Assembly: GCF_041586535.1 (NCBI RefSeq)
Contig: NZ_JBFGZY010000003.1
Coordinates: forward strand, 1,021-65,020
DNA from: Psychromonas sp.
GTDB lineage: Bacteria > Pseudomonadota > Gammaproteobacteria > Enterobacterales > Psychromonadaceae
Reading direction: 5' to 3'
DNA: 64,000 nt
Shown: in pieces, positions 47,865 to 57,689 of the stretch
Numbering within the stretch: the stretch's first letter is position 1
Layout of the letters: the number at the start of each line of letters is the position of its first letter
Program-made: the position numbers and the translations under genes
The notes under the pieces: generated by a model
What the model was told of the DNA's origin: nothing
The model's database searches: none
What the model saw: only the letters and a program-made list of their open reading frames with translations

Positions 47865-49135
47865 CCGTTTTTTCCGGAAAAAATGTTGTTTACCAGATGC
47901 AACCCCTGCAGGAACTGATCAATATCGCTTTCATTATTATAGAAAGAAAATGAAGCACGGGCAGTTGCCGGTACATCAAAGCGGGTCATTACCGGCATCG
48001 CGCAGTGGTGTCCGGCGCGAATCGCCACGCCCTGCTGATCCAGAATAGTACTGATATCATGGGGGTGGGCACTGTCCATTACAAATGAGAGGATACTGGC
48101 TTTATCTCTGGCTGTGCCGATAATGCGTAAGCCTTTTATCAGACTTACTCCGGCAGTGGCATAATCTAATAATAAACGTTCTCGCTGTTTAATATGGTCG
48201 ATGCCGATTGCCTGAATGTAATCAATTGCCGCCCCCAGTCCGATCACGCCCGCTATATTAGGTGTACCCGCTTCGAATTTGTAGGGTAAACAATTATAGT
48301 CACTGTGCTCAAAGCTGACCCGGCTGATCATATCTCCGCCGCCCTGATAAGGCTCCATCGCCTCAAGATAACTTTGTTTACCATATAACACGCCGATACC
48401 GGTCGGAGCGTAAATTTTATGGCCGGAAAAGGTGTAAAAATCACAATCCAGCTGTTTTACATCTAAGCTGAGGTGGGGGGCCGCCTGTGCGCCGTCCACT
48501 AATACCGGAATCTCCCTTGCGTGTGCCATGGCGATCATCTGGTCCACCGGAGTAATGCTGCCGAGGGCATTGGACAGGTGGGTTAATGCGACGACTTTAG
48601 TTTTTTTATTTAGCAATGCCTGATACTCAGCAATATTGATTTCAGCACTATCGTTTATTGGCACGACCTTTAACAATGCCCCGGTTTGCAAACAAACCAT
48701 CTGCCAGGGCACAATGTTGGAATGGTGTTCCATGGCACTGATCAGGATTTCATCACCGGGTTTCAGGCGGGGTCTGGCATAACTCTGTGCGACCAGGTTG
48801 ATCGCTTCGGTAGCACCGCGTACGAAGATTACCTCCTCACGTGATGGTGCATGTAAAAAGCGCTGTATCTTGTCCCGTGCAGTTTCAAAGGCAAGCGTTG
48901 CACGCTCACTTAGCTGATAAGCACCGCGATGGACATTAGCATTATCAAAACGGTAGAAGTGGGTGATACTATCAATAACAGCATTGGGTTTCTGAGTCGT
49001 GGCGGCATTATCCAAATAGGCTAGCGGCTGCTGATGCGCGAGCTGAGATAATAACGGAAAATCCGCGCGTATCGCTGACCAGTCGGGAGCCGATAGGCTC
49101 TTATGATCTGTCGCTTGAGGCGCTGTAAACATCAC
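47861..49135 (-). CDS. sufS: cysteine desulfurase SufS (class II)
   Basis: 424 aa. PLP lysine context FSGHKIYAPTGIG and active-site RAGHHCAMP are present. Confidence 0.9.
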   Translation of the reverse strand: MMFTAPQATDHKSLSAPDWSAIRADFPLLSQLAHQQPLAYLDNAATTQKPNAVIDSITHFYRFDNANVHRGAYQLSERATLAFETARDKIQRFLHAPSREEVIFVRGATEAINLVAQSYARPRLKPGDEILISAMEHHSNIVPWQMVCLQTGALLKVVPINDSAEINIAEYQALLNKKTKVVALTHLSNALGSITPVDQMIAMAHAREIPVLVDGAQAAPHLSLDVKQLDCDFYTFSGHKIYAPTGIGVLYGKQSYLEAMEPYQGGGDMISRVSFEHSDYNCLPYKFEAGTPNIAGVIGLGAAIDYIQAIGIDHIKQRERLLLDYATAGVSLIKGLRIIGTARDKASILSFVMDSAHPHDISTILDQQGVAIRAGHHCAMPVMTRFDVPATARASFSFYNNESDIDQFLQGLHLVNNIFSGKNG

Positions 49136-50526
49136 TGTTCTCCTCTTTCCGGCGCAAGCAACGTGCTGATATCATTGCCTACCAGCTGGTTAAGCTTTGC
49201 CATAACAGGCAACTGGATAAATTCCCCCATCGAGGAATTATCAATGCGTTCAAGTACTTCTCTGATAAACCCATAGACCAGCCAGGCTTGTGCATCCTTT
49301 TCACTTATGCCGCGTGACTGCAGATAAAACAGTGACTGTGCATCCAGCTGTCCGACCGTGGCGCCATGACTGCAGACAACATCATCCGCATATATCTGCA
49401 GTTCGGGTTTAGTGTCCACCTCTGCCTGCTCGCCGAGCAGGAGATTTTTATTAATCTGTCTGGCTGCGGAACGTTGCGCGATGGGTTGAATATTGACCTT
49501 ACCGTCAAATACCGCCCGGGATTGATTCTGGATAACCCCTTTATAGATCTGTTGACTGCTGCAGTTCGGCGCTAAATGTTCGATTTGCGTGTGGTAGTCG
49601 ACATGCTGGTGGCCATCCACCAAATATACGCCGTTTAACGAGCACTCGGCTTGCGGCTCGCTGAGTTGTACCTGGATATCGTGCCGGGCGAGCGCTGCTC
49701 CCAGAGAGTAACTGTGCGATGTGAAAACACTTTCCTGTTGCTGTTGGACATACATGGCGGCAATGTGGCTGCTGTTGAGAGAGTGATCCTGCAATTTATA
49801 ATGGTTAAGGTGCGCTTGTCGACCCAGTGCTATTTCTGTTACCACATTAATTAGATTTTGCCTGCGCTTTGTCTCTGCGATTGTTATTTCTGCATCAGGT
49901 ACGGCAAGATCCATATAATGTTCAAGCAGCGTTAAGCGGCTATTTTTGTTAAGCAGCAGCAATAAACGCGAATTACATATTTCAGCTTCCGTCGCTGGCG
50001 AGGAGATAAACAGACAGTGGACAGGGGAGTTTATATGGGTATTTTCAGGTACCGATAAAAACACACCGTCAGACATCAGCGCAGTATTTAAGGCGCTGAA
50101 CAGCGGGGATGGTTCATTGTTTACTTTTCCTAATGCTCCCGCGAGTAACTGTGGATGATCCTTTACAGCCTGAGCGAAGCTGCACAGGATAAAACCTTCA
50201 GGCAGTCCGGCAATGTTGGAAAGGTGAGGGTTATAAACACCATTGATAAATACCAATAAATGTTCGTTATCAGCACAGCGTTTAATCGATAGGGGCAGGG
50301 TGCTGATATTTGTAGCCGGTTGTGCTTGAGCAAGCTGAAATTCAGTTTTCTGCAGTTGTTTGAGATTAGTGTATTTCCAATTTTCATCTTTTGCCCCGGG
50401 AAAATCCAACGTGGCAAAGCGTTCAGCAGCGCTTTCGCGCATTGTCCTTAACCAGGGCAACAGGTGTCCCGGCAACTGCTCTTTGCTTTGCTTGTATTGT
50501 TCAAGCAAACGGTCACAGGCATTCAT
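49132..50526 (-). CDS. sufD: Fe-S cluster assembly protein SufD
   Basis: 464 aa with beta-helix repeats. The C-terminal SHGATVGQLDAQSLFYLQSRGI is typical. Confidence 0.85.
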   Translation of the reverse strand: MNACDRLLEQYKQSKEQLPGHLLPWLRTMRESAAERFATLDFPGAKDENWKYTNLKQLQKTEFQLAQAQPATNISTLPLSIKRCADNEHLLVFINGVYNPHLSNIAGLPEGFILCSFAQAVKDHPQLLAGALGKVNNEPSPLFSALNTALMSDGVFLSVPENTHINSPVHCLFISSPATEAEICNSRLLLLLNKNSRLTLLEHYMDLAVPDAEITIAETKRRQNLINVVTEIALGRQAHLNHYKLQDHSLNSSHIAAMYVQQQQESVFTSHSYSLGAALARHDIQVQLSEPQAECSLNGVYLVDGHQHVDYHTQIEHLAPNCSSQQIYKGVIQNQSRAVFDGKVNIQPIAQRSAARQINKNLLLGEQAEVDTKPELQIYADDVVCSHGATVGQLDAQSLFYLQSRGISEKDAQAWLVYGFIREVLERIDNSSMGEFIQLPVMAKLNQLVGNDISTLLAPERGEQ

Positions 50527-50582
50527 CTGTGCCTCCTGTTGATGTTCATTCTAAACGGTATTAACCTCAGTTTAATTCAATC

Positions 50583-51356
50583 TCAGGCGGAAGCTGACGC
50601 CTTGGGCAATAAATCTGCATAGCCTTTTTCCTCCAACTCCAGCGCCAGTTCTGGCCCGCCAGAACGTACAATGCGTCCGTCAAACAGCACATGGACAAAA
50701 TCCGGGTGGATATAGTTTAATAAACGCTGATAATGGGTGACCAGAATAATGGCGCGTTTCTGTCCTGAATCGGGATCTGTGCGGAAGGCATTTACTCCTT
50801 GGGCAACCACTTTCAGGGCATCAATATCAAGACCTGAATCGGTTTCATCGAGGATTGCCAGTTGCGGCTCAAGCACCAGCATCTGTAGGATTTCATTACG
50901 TTTTTTCTCACCACCGGAAAACCCCTCATTGATTGAGCGATACAGAAGCTGCTCATCCATGGCGACAGCCTGTACTTTGCTTTTGACCAGCTGTAAAAAA
51001 TCAATCGCATCAAGCTCTTCCAACTGGCGGTATTTACGCTGGCTGTTCAGTGCCATTTTCAGAAACTGCACATTGCTGACCCCGGGAATTTCCAACGGGT
51101 ATTGAAAAGCGACAAAAATACCTTCACAGGCGCGATCTGAAACAGAAAGCGACAATAAATCCTGACCGTTAAAATCGACTTTACCATCGCTTACCTGATA
51201 GTCAGGATGACCGGCCAGCACATGAGCAAGGGTGCTTTTACCTGAACCGTTCGGCCCCATAATGGCGTGCACTTCGCCCGCCTTTACACACAGGTTAAGG
51301 CCATTTAAAATGGCATTACCCTGAATTTCCGCGTGTAAATTATTTATTGTTAACAT
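50583..51356 (-). CDS. sufC: Fe-S cluster assembly ATPase SufC
   Basis: Starts at MLTINNLHAEI (ATG 51356, AGGAG upstream). Walker A is GPNGSGKST and the signature motif is FSGGEKKR. Confidence 0.9.
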   Translation of the reverse strand: MLTINNLHAEIQGNAILNGLNLCVKAGEVHAIMGPNGSGKSTLAHVLAGHPDYQVSDGKVDFNGQDLLSLSVSDRACEGIFVAFQYPLEIPGVSNVQFLKMALNSQRKYRQLEELDAIDFLQLVKSKVQAVAMDEQLLYRSINEGFSGGEKKRNEILQMLVLEPQLAILDETDSGLDIDALKVVAQGVNAFRTDPDSGQKRAIILVTHYQRLLNYIHPDFVHVLFDGRIVRSGGPELALELEEKGYADLLPKASASA

Positions 51357-51405
51357 ACTGAACTCCTGCGCTGAGCAACTATGCATTCACTGCTTTCAGC
51401 AGCGA

Positions 51406-52854
51406 TTATCCTGTACAACCTTCCAGACTCACTTCCATTAATGCCTGAGCTTCAACAGCAAACTCCATCGGCAGTTTACGGAACACGGCTTTACAAAATC
51501 CATTAATGATCATCGCCACCGTATCTTCCTGAGAAATCCCTCTCTGCATACAATAAAACAGCTGATCGTCACTAATTTTGGAGGTGGTCGCTTCATGCTC
51601 TACTTTAGCTGAAGGGTGTTTCACTTCGATATAAGGAAAGGTGTGAGCAGAGCATTTTTCACCGAGCAGCAGGGAGTCACATTGACTGTAATTACGCGCA
51701 TTAATTGCCTGCGGACCGACCTTTACCAGCCCCCGATAGGCATTGGAGCCATGCCCGGCAGAGATGCCCTTGGAAATAATAGTACTTGAGGTGTTTTTAC
51801 CGATATGGATCATCTTAGTACCGGTATCTGCCTGCTGATAGTTATTGGTTAATGCAACGGAGTAAAATTCGCCTCTGGAATTATCACCCTGGAGAATAAC
51901 ACTGGGATATTTCCAGGTGATGGCCGAGCCGGTTTCTACTTGCGTCCAGGATATTTTTGCGTTGCGCCCGCGGCATAATCCCCGTTTGGTGACAAAATTA
52001 TAAATCCCGCCTTTACCGTTTTTGTCACCGGGATACCAGTTCTGTACTGTGGCATATTTTATCTCGGCATCATCAAGGGCGATCAATTCAACTACTGCTG
52101 CATGCAGTTGATGTTCATCACGTATCGGGGCTGTACAGCCCTCAAGATAACTGACATAACTACCTTCTTCGGCCACTATCAGAGTACGTTCAAACTGGCC
52201 GGTATTCAGAGAGTTGATGCGAAAATAAGTGGATAACTCCATCGGGCAGCGAACCCCCTTAGGGACATAGCAGAAAGAGCCATCACTGAATACCGCAGCA
52301 TTAAGCGCGGCGTAAAAGTTATCGGTATGAGGAACAACGCTGCCCAGATATTTCTTCACCAGTTCGGGGTGATCTTTTACCGCCTCAGAAAATGAGCAGA
52401 AGATAACCCCAACCTCGGCTAATTTCTTTTTAAAGGTGGTCGCGACTGATACGCTGTCAAAAACCGCATCGACGGCAACACCTGCCAGTTGTGCCCGTTC
52501 ATGCAGCGGAATGCCCAGTTTTTCATAGGTTTGTAAAATTTCCGGGGCAATATCATCGAGACTTTTCGGGCCGTCTGCATTGGTTTTTGGAGCGCTGTAG
52601 AAAACGATTTTCTCATAATCGATCTCCGGATAATGCAGTTTTGACCAGGTAGGGGTCTTCAGGGTCAACCAGTGCCGGTAGGCTTTAAGGCGCCACTCGA
52701 GCATAAATGCCGGCTCTTTTTTTCGCGCCGATATCTGCCGTATTACCGTTTCATTCAGGCCGGGAGGCAGGCTGTCTGTTTCCAGATCGGTAACAAAACC
52801 ATGGGGGTAGTCGCTATCGACAAAGCGATCTAAATTGTGCCGTGATGCAGTCAT
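51406..52854 (-). CDS. sufB: Fe-S cluster assembly scaffold SufB
   Basis: 482 aa and SufB-like end to end (…[16 protein letters not shown]…[16 protein letters not shown]…). Confidence 0.9.
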   Translation of the reverse strand: MTASRHNLDRFVDSDYPHGFVTDLETDSLPPGLNETVIRQISARKKEPAFMLEWRLKAYRHWLTLKTPTWSKLHYPEIDYEKIVFYSAPKTNADGPKSLDDIAPEILQTYEKLGIPLHERAQLAGVAVDAVFDSVSVATTFKKKLAEVGVIFCSFSEAVKDHPELVKKYLGSVVPHTDNFYAALNAAVFSDGSFCYVPKGVRCPMELSTYFRINSLNTGQFERTLIVAEEGSYVSYLEGCTAPIRDEHQLHAAVVELIALDDAEIKYATVQNWYPGDKNGKGGIYNFVTKRGLCRGRNAKISWTQVETGSAITWKYPSVILQGDNSRGEFYSVALTNNYQQADTGTKMIHIGKNTSSTIISKGISAGHGSNAYRGLVKVGPQAINARNYSQCDSLLLGEKCSAHTFPYIEVKHPSAKVEHEATTSKISDDQLFYCMQRGISQEDTVAMIINGFCKAVFRKLPMEFAVEAQALMEVSLEGCTG

Positions 52855-53042
52855 TATTTACTCCACCTATTAATACCAAGTGTATTAAAGATGCGATCTT
52901 GTATTGCGAAGAAAAAATCAGTACTAACAAGGTATGAGTTGCAGGCAGTAGTTACTCTCCTTTCAAAACTCATTACGCGGTTAGGGTTTATTTTAACCAG
53001 CAAGACCGATCACCTATTTGATGCATTTGGTATAAACCTATA

Positions 53043-53477
53043 TCAACTGCCGGAGATAATTTTCTGGGCTCGCTCCCTGGGCACCAACATCTCCTGCAGA
53101 CTCACCTGACTGAGACTTCGCTGGACGATCTGGTTAAGACCCTGCCAGTTTTGGCGTATTTCACAACTGCCTTCAATACGGCATAAGCCTTCTTTCATAG
53201 CACAATCAGTCAACTCAATGCCACCTTCCAGTACGTTTATAATTTCAGCTAAAGAAATTTTATCTGCTGATCTGGCAAGCTGGTAACCACCTTGTTTGCC
53301 CAGGCTGGAACAGAGTAGACCACTGTTAACCAGCATCTTTAATAATTTCCTTACAGTCGCCAGCGGTAGTAAAAGATCTCTGGATAAACTTGCTGCACTC
53401 ATTACCTGATCGGGGCGTGAGGCCATAAACGCCAGAATCACCGAACCGTAATCTGTTAATTTATTCACGCGTAGCAT
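53043..53477 (-). CDS. Rrf2-family transcriptional regulator (IscR/SufR-like, three-Cys cluster site)
   Basis: 144 aa. N-terminal wHTH MLRVNKLTDYGSVILAFMA and cysteines in C-x6-C-x5-C (CAMKEGLCRIEGSC). It heads the suf genes. Confidence 0.85.
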   Translation of the reverse strand: MLRVNKLTDYGSVILAFMASRPDQVMSAASLSRDLLLPLATVRKLLKMLVNSGLLCSSLGKQGGYQLARSADKISLAEIINVLEGGIELTDCAMKEGLCRIEGSCEIRQNWQGLNQIVQRSLSQVSLQEMLVPRERAQKIISGS

Positions 53478-53500
53478 TCACATCTCCATTTAACTATTAC

Positions 53501-53529
53501 TATTATAGTACCAGTTAAAAAAAGTGATA
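53501..53529 (-). promoter_or_regulatory. putative sigma70 promoter of the Rrf2-suf operon (TTATCA-17-TATAAT)
   Basis: On the minus strand the -35 is TTATCA (53529-53524) and the -10 is TATAAT (53506-53501), with a 17-nt spacer. GGAG lies 6 nt before the ATG. Confidence 0.4.
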
Positions 53530-53600
53530 AATTATTGGCTGTGAAAAGTTATAACTTCCTTTGGTATAAGTACTCAATAAAAAATTATCCGGTATTTTCA

Positions 53601-53656
53601 GCCGTCAGTCGTCAGCCGTCAGCCGTCAGCCGTCAGTCGTCAGTCGTCAGCCGTAA
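53601..53656. repeat. heptanucleotide microsatellite (GYCGTCA) x 8
   Basis: Direct reading gives GCCGTCA GTCGTCA GCCGTCA GCCGTCA GCCGTCA GTCGTCA GTCGTCA GCCGTAA. Confidence 0.95.
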
Positions 53657-53695
53657 GCAGATAGCCCACTTCTTAAGTTACGGGCTCTAGATCAA

Positions 53696-55051
53696 CTAAA
53701 TCAAAATTAAAGTTGCTGCACCTAAAAAGATTAAAAATCCTACCGCGTCGGTAATCGTAGTTAAAATAACCCCTCCGGCAATAGCAGGATCGATTCCCAT
53801 TTTTTTTAAGATGAATGGAATAAGTGCACCGGAAACTGTACCGGCCAGGCTGACGACAAAGAGTGCAAGGGCAAAAACGCCGCCTAACTTCAAATCTCCA
53901 TACCAGAAAAAAGCCACGAAAAAGACCACTGCTGCCCACAGTGTGCCATTAATGAAAGATACTTTTAATTCATGCACAGTGAGCGCAGTAATATTGGCAC
54001 CGCTCACCAGATCGCGTGCTATTCCCCGTGTGACGACGGTGAGCGTCTGACTACCTGTAATGCCGCCCATACTTGCCACCACCGGCATCAGTACGGCAAG
54101 CGCAACCAGCTGTTCAATGGAAGATTCAAATAAACCAATTACCCAGGCAGCAACAAAAGCGGTGATCAGATTGGTCCCCAGCCAGATTGCTCTGTTCAAT
54201 GAAATATGCGCAATTGGGGCAAACATATCCAGCTCATTATTGAGACCCGCCTGCGCTAATAAGCGCTGTTCTGCATTGTGTTTTAAAACATCGATAACAT
54301 CATCTACGGTTATCCTGCCGAGCAGACGCTTATTCTGATCAACCACGGGAGCAGAGGTCAAATCATGATCCTCAAAAATTTGTGCGACCTGACTGGCTGA
54401 TAGTAAGGAGTCAATTAACGGCACATCATCTTTCATCACATCGCTGACCGACAGACTGTTATCCCATGAAACCAGATCGCTGAGGTGTAAAATCCCTTTT
54501 ACCTGATTATTTCTGTCCACAACCACTAAATGATCCAGCTGCTCCGGCAGCATCCCCTCTTTTTTGCGCAATTTACACAGATAGCGATACACAGCTTTAA
54601 GGCTGACATCCTTTCTAACCGCGGTAGCGTCAGTATCCATTAATCCGCCCGCCGTATTATCCGGAAAATCCTTGACGGTTTGATAGCGTGCTTTGCGCTG
54701 ACTGTCCATGGCCTCGACCATCGCGGTAACGACGGGCAGGGGCAAATCGGCATCGATATCAGCCAGCTCATCCATCTGCAGGGTAGAGAGAGATTTCAGA
54801 AGATCCGCTTCGCTGGTAATATTTATTAAAGAAAGACGCAGCTCACGGTGAACTGCCAATAAAACCTCACCCTTATCTTTAACCGGGATCAACTCCCAAA
54901 AAGTTTGACGGTATTTATTGGGCAGGGATTCAATCAAGCGACCCAGTTCGGCCGGATGGTGCTGTTCAATAGCAAGCAGCAGCTCTTCAGATTGTTGTTC
55001 CTCTAAAAAATGGATCAATTGACTGACTAGTTCGGTACTATTTTCACTCAT
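53696..55051 (-). CDS. mgtE: magnesium transporter MgtE
   Basis: 451 aa with an N-domain, a CBS pair and a 5-TM C-terminal domain that has the ITDAVGFLIFLG motif. Confidence 0.9.
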   Translation of the reverse strand: MSENSTELVSQLIHFLEEQQSEELLLAIEQHHPAELGRLIESLPNKYRQTFWELIPVKDKGEVLLAVHRELRLSLINITSEADLLKSLSTLQMDELADIDADLPLPVVTAMVEAMDSQRKARYQTVKDFPDNTAGGLMDTDATAVRKDVSLKAVYRYLCKLRKKEGMLPEQLDHLVVVDRNNQVKGILHLSDLVSWDNSLSVSDVMKDDVPLIDSLLSASQVAQIFEDHDLTSAPVVDQNKRLLGRITVDDVIDVLKHNAEQRLLAQAGLNNELDMFAPIAHISLNRAIWLGTNLITAFVAAWVIGLFESSIEQLVALAVLMPVVASMGGITGSQTLTVVTRGIARDLVSGANITALTVHELKVSFINGTLWAAVVFFVAFFWYGDLKLGGVFALALFVVSLAGTVSGALIPFILKKMGIDPAIAGGVILTTITDAVGFLIFLGAATLILI

Positions 55052-55056
55052 ATTTG

Positions 55057-55767
55057 TTATTTACCCTTAGTTAAACAATTGTTGCCTTGTGTTTTTGAAT
55101 CAGAGTGGTGCGTCAACTCAAGGTGACCAACCTTAACTAAAATAATGGTTTCCTGATCCACAAAAGGGCGATGTGTGCTCAAATGCGGGCTGCGTATCCA
55201 GCTATGTTTGGGATAACTGCCGTACTCATCTTTAAAGTGACCGGACAAAACGAAAACCTCCTCACCGCCAACGTGTTCATGTAAATGAAAAATTTCTCCG
55301 GCTGGCCATTTTACCAGCGCGGTATGTTGCCCGGCAAAATCATGCAGAGGCATCACCTGTAAACCACCTGAACCTTGTTGCCACTCTGTTGTATTGCTGT
55401 TAATAACGACAGATTTTTTATCCTGCGGATCAAACTGGTTGAGTTTGACCAGTATAGTACAACCGTTTTTACTAAAAGGCTGATGATAACTGCCTGGCGG
55501 ATTACGCAGATAACTCCCTTTTTCGTAGTCACCATTTTCATCGGAAAAAGTGCCTTCCAGTACAAATATCTCTTCACCCTGCGGATGATAATGGCCGCTG
55601 AAGTAAGAACCAGGTGAATACTGCACTACGCTGGTGATATGACCACCTTCAGCTGCGGCCCTGGCAAGCGGTTTCCGTCTTACACCCGGCATAGGAGAGT
55701 TTACCCAGGGCATCTTCGCCGTATCGATCACTACCCGTTTGCAAAAATCTAAGTTTAAATCTGCCAT
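55057..55767 (-). CDS. bicupin protein (two ChrR-type cupin_7 domains)
   Basis: 236 aa. The module ...GHYHPQGEEIFVLEGTFSDENGDY... is duplicated as ...HLHEHVGGEEVFVLSGHFKDEYGSY.... It lies 5 nt upstream of mgtE. Confidence 0.75.
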   Translation of the reverse strand: MADLNLDFCKRVVIDTAKMPWVNSPMPGVRRKPLARAAAEGGHITSVVQYSPGSYFSGHYHPQGEEIFVLEGTFSDENGDYEKGSYLRNPPGSYHQPFSKNGCTILVKLNQFDPQDKKSVVINSNTTEWQQGSGGLQVMPLHDFAGQHTALVKWPAGEIFHLHEHVGGEEVFVLSGHFKDEYGSYPKHSWIRSPHLSTHRPFVDQETIILVKVGHLELTHHSDSKTQGNNCLTKGK

Positions 55768-56093
55768 TTATCCCCCTTGTCATTAGCAAAGCGTCTATTT
55801 TTCGGATGGAAACTGTCATTCAGTCTGCCTGATCTGAAAGTATAAGTCAGCAATATATTGTACGTTGCCGGTGAGGCTAATTAACAAGGAGGAGAGCAGC
55901 TCCTGGCTTTAATTTCTATTGCACTCAATAATTATCGGCAAGTGTTTTGATTTCCTACCAGAGTACCTTTGTTTTTTTAATGTTTTATTGCAACTGATTG
56001 TTTTTAAATATTAAAATGGTACTAAACTCATGTATGAAAGTAAATTTATTCAGGGAAAAATAATAAAACAGACAGTGGGGCGGGGGGCTCTGA

Positions 56094-56460
56094 ATGACCT
56101 ATGACGAATTTAATGCGTTGTGTTGTGGATTGCCGGCGACGACATACGTAATGCAATGGAACAACTCCCATGTATGGAAAGTAGGCGGAAAAGTGTTTGC
56201 TATTGGCGGTTTAGGGAAAAATGATCAGCCTGCTTTTATTTTTAAAACATCTGAGCAGAATTTTTTATTTTTTAAGTGAAATCGCGGGTTATAAGCCGGC
56301 CCCTTACTTTGCTTCGCGGGGAATGAAGTGGATACAGCACTACGATAGCTCAGCAGAAACAGATGAAGATTTAATCTATTATCTGAAGAAGTCTTATCGT
56401 ATTGTTTCGCTGGGATTGACTAAAAAAAAGCAAAAAGAATTGGGTTTAAATCAGGAATAA
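56094..56460 (+). pseudogene. MmcQ/YjbR-family protein, +1 frameshift in a T-run
   Basis: Two listed ORFs (56094..56279 and 56221..56460) together form one YjbR-like protein of about 121 aa. The break is in AATTTTTTATTTTTT at about 56254-56272. Length is 367 nt. Confidence 0.7.
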
Positions 56461-56492
56461 CTATTGCCACAGGAAACTATTGCAAGAAAGAG

Positions 56493-56533
56493 GGCTCCAA
56501 TTGTCTCTAATTTGGCAGACAAAAATTGGAGCC
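56493..56533. terminator. hairpin between convergent yjbR and cio operon
   Basis: GGCTCCAATTGTCT ... AGACaaaAATTGGAGCC, a 14-bp stem with a 3-nt bulge. The U-tails are weak. Confidence 0.5.
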
Positions 56534-56569
56534 GGATTTAGAGGCTCAGTAACAGCGGCTTATTGTCGT

Positions 56570-56683
56570 CTACATACCCGGCAGCAGCAAGCGGATCAGC
56601 AGGGCGACCAGCAGCAAGGTGCTCACGCCAGCCGCCCATAAAGCGATAAACCACAGCCAGCGTTTGAGACCCGGAGTGAGCAT
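56570..56683 (-). CDS. DUF2474-family micro-protein (37 aa), not in the ORF track
   Basis: The ATG overlaps the cydB stop (TAATG). Translation is MLTPGLKRWLWFIALWAAGVSTLLLVALLIRLLLPGM, a single TM. Its position after cioB is typical for DUF2474. Confidence 0.7.
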   Translation of the reverse strand: MLTPGLKRWLWFIALWAAGVSTLLLVALLIRLLLPGM

Positions 56684-57681
56684 TAGTGATACCCCTCACC
56701 TTCTTTGAGGCGGCCGCGAAATACCCAATAAGAGTAAGCGGTGTAGGCAATAATCAGTGGCAGCAGGAACACCGTCCCGGTGAGCAAAAATTTCAGGCTG
56801 CTATCCGGCGCTGCAGCTTCTGTGTAGCTAAGACTATGGGGTATTATGTACGGGTAGGTGCTCACGCCAAAGCCTAAAGCTGCCAGAAAAAACAGCCCCA
56901 GAGTAACCAGATAGGCTTTTACCGGTTTGTGCTCGATCAGATCCTTAAACAGCAGATAGGCCAGATATCCGCAACCAACAGGAATTAAAAGGAAAAGCAG
57001 AGCCTGCGGGAATGAAAACCAGCGCGCTGCAATATCACTGTTAGATAAAGGTAACCAGATGCTCAGAATCGCAATCATCACTACCAAAGCGACTGCGCAC
57101 CTTTTCGCCGTATCGTAATAGCGATGCTGATAAGTTGCCGGTAATTTGATCAGCAGCCAGCATGCGCCAAGCAGTGTATAGGCGGTAATAGTAACTAAAC
57201 CGCAAAACAGGGTAAAAGGCGTAAACCAGTCAAACCATCCGCCGTTATACTGACGGTCAATCACCTCGATCCCCTGCAGCAGCGTGCCCAAAATCACCCC
57301 CTGGGTAAAGGTCGCAACCAGTGAGCCGATAAAAAAAGAGCTATCCCACAAAAACTGGCCACGCCGGGTGCGAAAGCGATATTCAAAGGCCACCCCGCGG
57401 AAAATAAGCCCCAGTAACATCATCATTAACGGTGCATAAAGTGCCGGCATCACCACCGCATAAGCCAGAGGGAAAACGGCGAATAATCCTCCGCCGCCCA
57501 AAACCAGCCAGGTTTCATTACCATCCCAAACCGGCGCCACACTGTTCATCATTAAATCGCGCTCTTCGGTAGAATCGCCGCCCAGAAACAAAATTCCGAT
57601 CCCCAGATCAAAACCATCCAGTGCGACATAGGCAAACACGGCGATGGCGATCAGCATGTACCATATTAATGCGTAATCCAT
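56683..57681 (-). CDS. cydB: cytochrome bd-type quinol oxidase subunit II (CioB-like)
   Basis: 332 aa, 8-9 TM. The N terminus MDYALIWYMLIAIAVFAYVALDGFDLG is canonical CydB. Confidence 0.9.
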   Translation of the reverse strand: MDYALIWYMLIAIAVFAYVALDGFDLGIGILFLGGDSTEERDLMMNSVAPVWDGNETWLVLGGGGLFAVFPLAYAVVMPALYAPLMMMLLGLIFRGVAFEYRFRTRRGQFLWDSSFFIGSLVATFTQGVILGTLLQGIEVIDRQYNGGWFDWFTPFTLFCGLVTITAYTLLGACWLLIKLPATYQHRYYDTAKRCAVALVVMIAILSIWLPLSNSDIAARWFSFPQALLFLLIPVGCGYLAYLLFKDLIEHKPVKAYLVTLGLFFLAALGFGVSTYPYIIPHSLSYTEAAAPDSSLKFLLTGTVFLLPLIIAYTAYSYWVFRGRLKEGEGYH

Positions 57682-57689
57682 ATAGCCTC

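Noticed and set aside
53601-53656. Possible CRISPR array
   Set aside because: The units are 7 bp and directly abutting, with no spacers. This is a microsatellite, not a CRISPR array. No cas genes are present.
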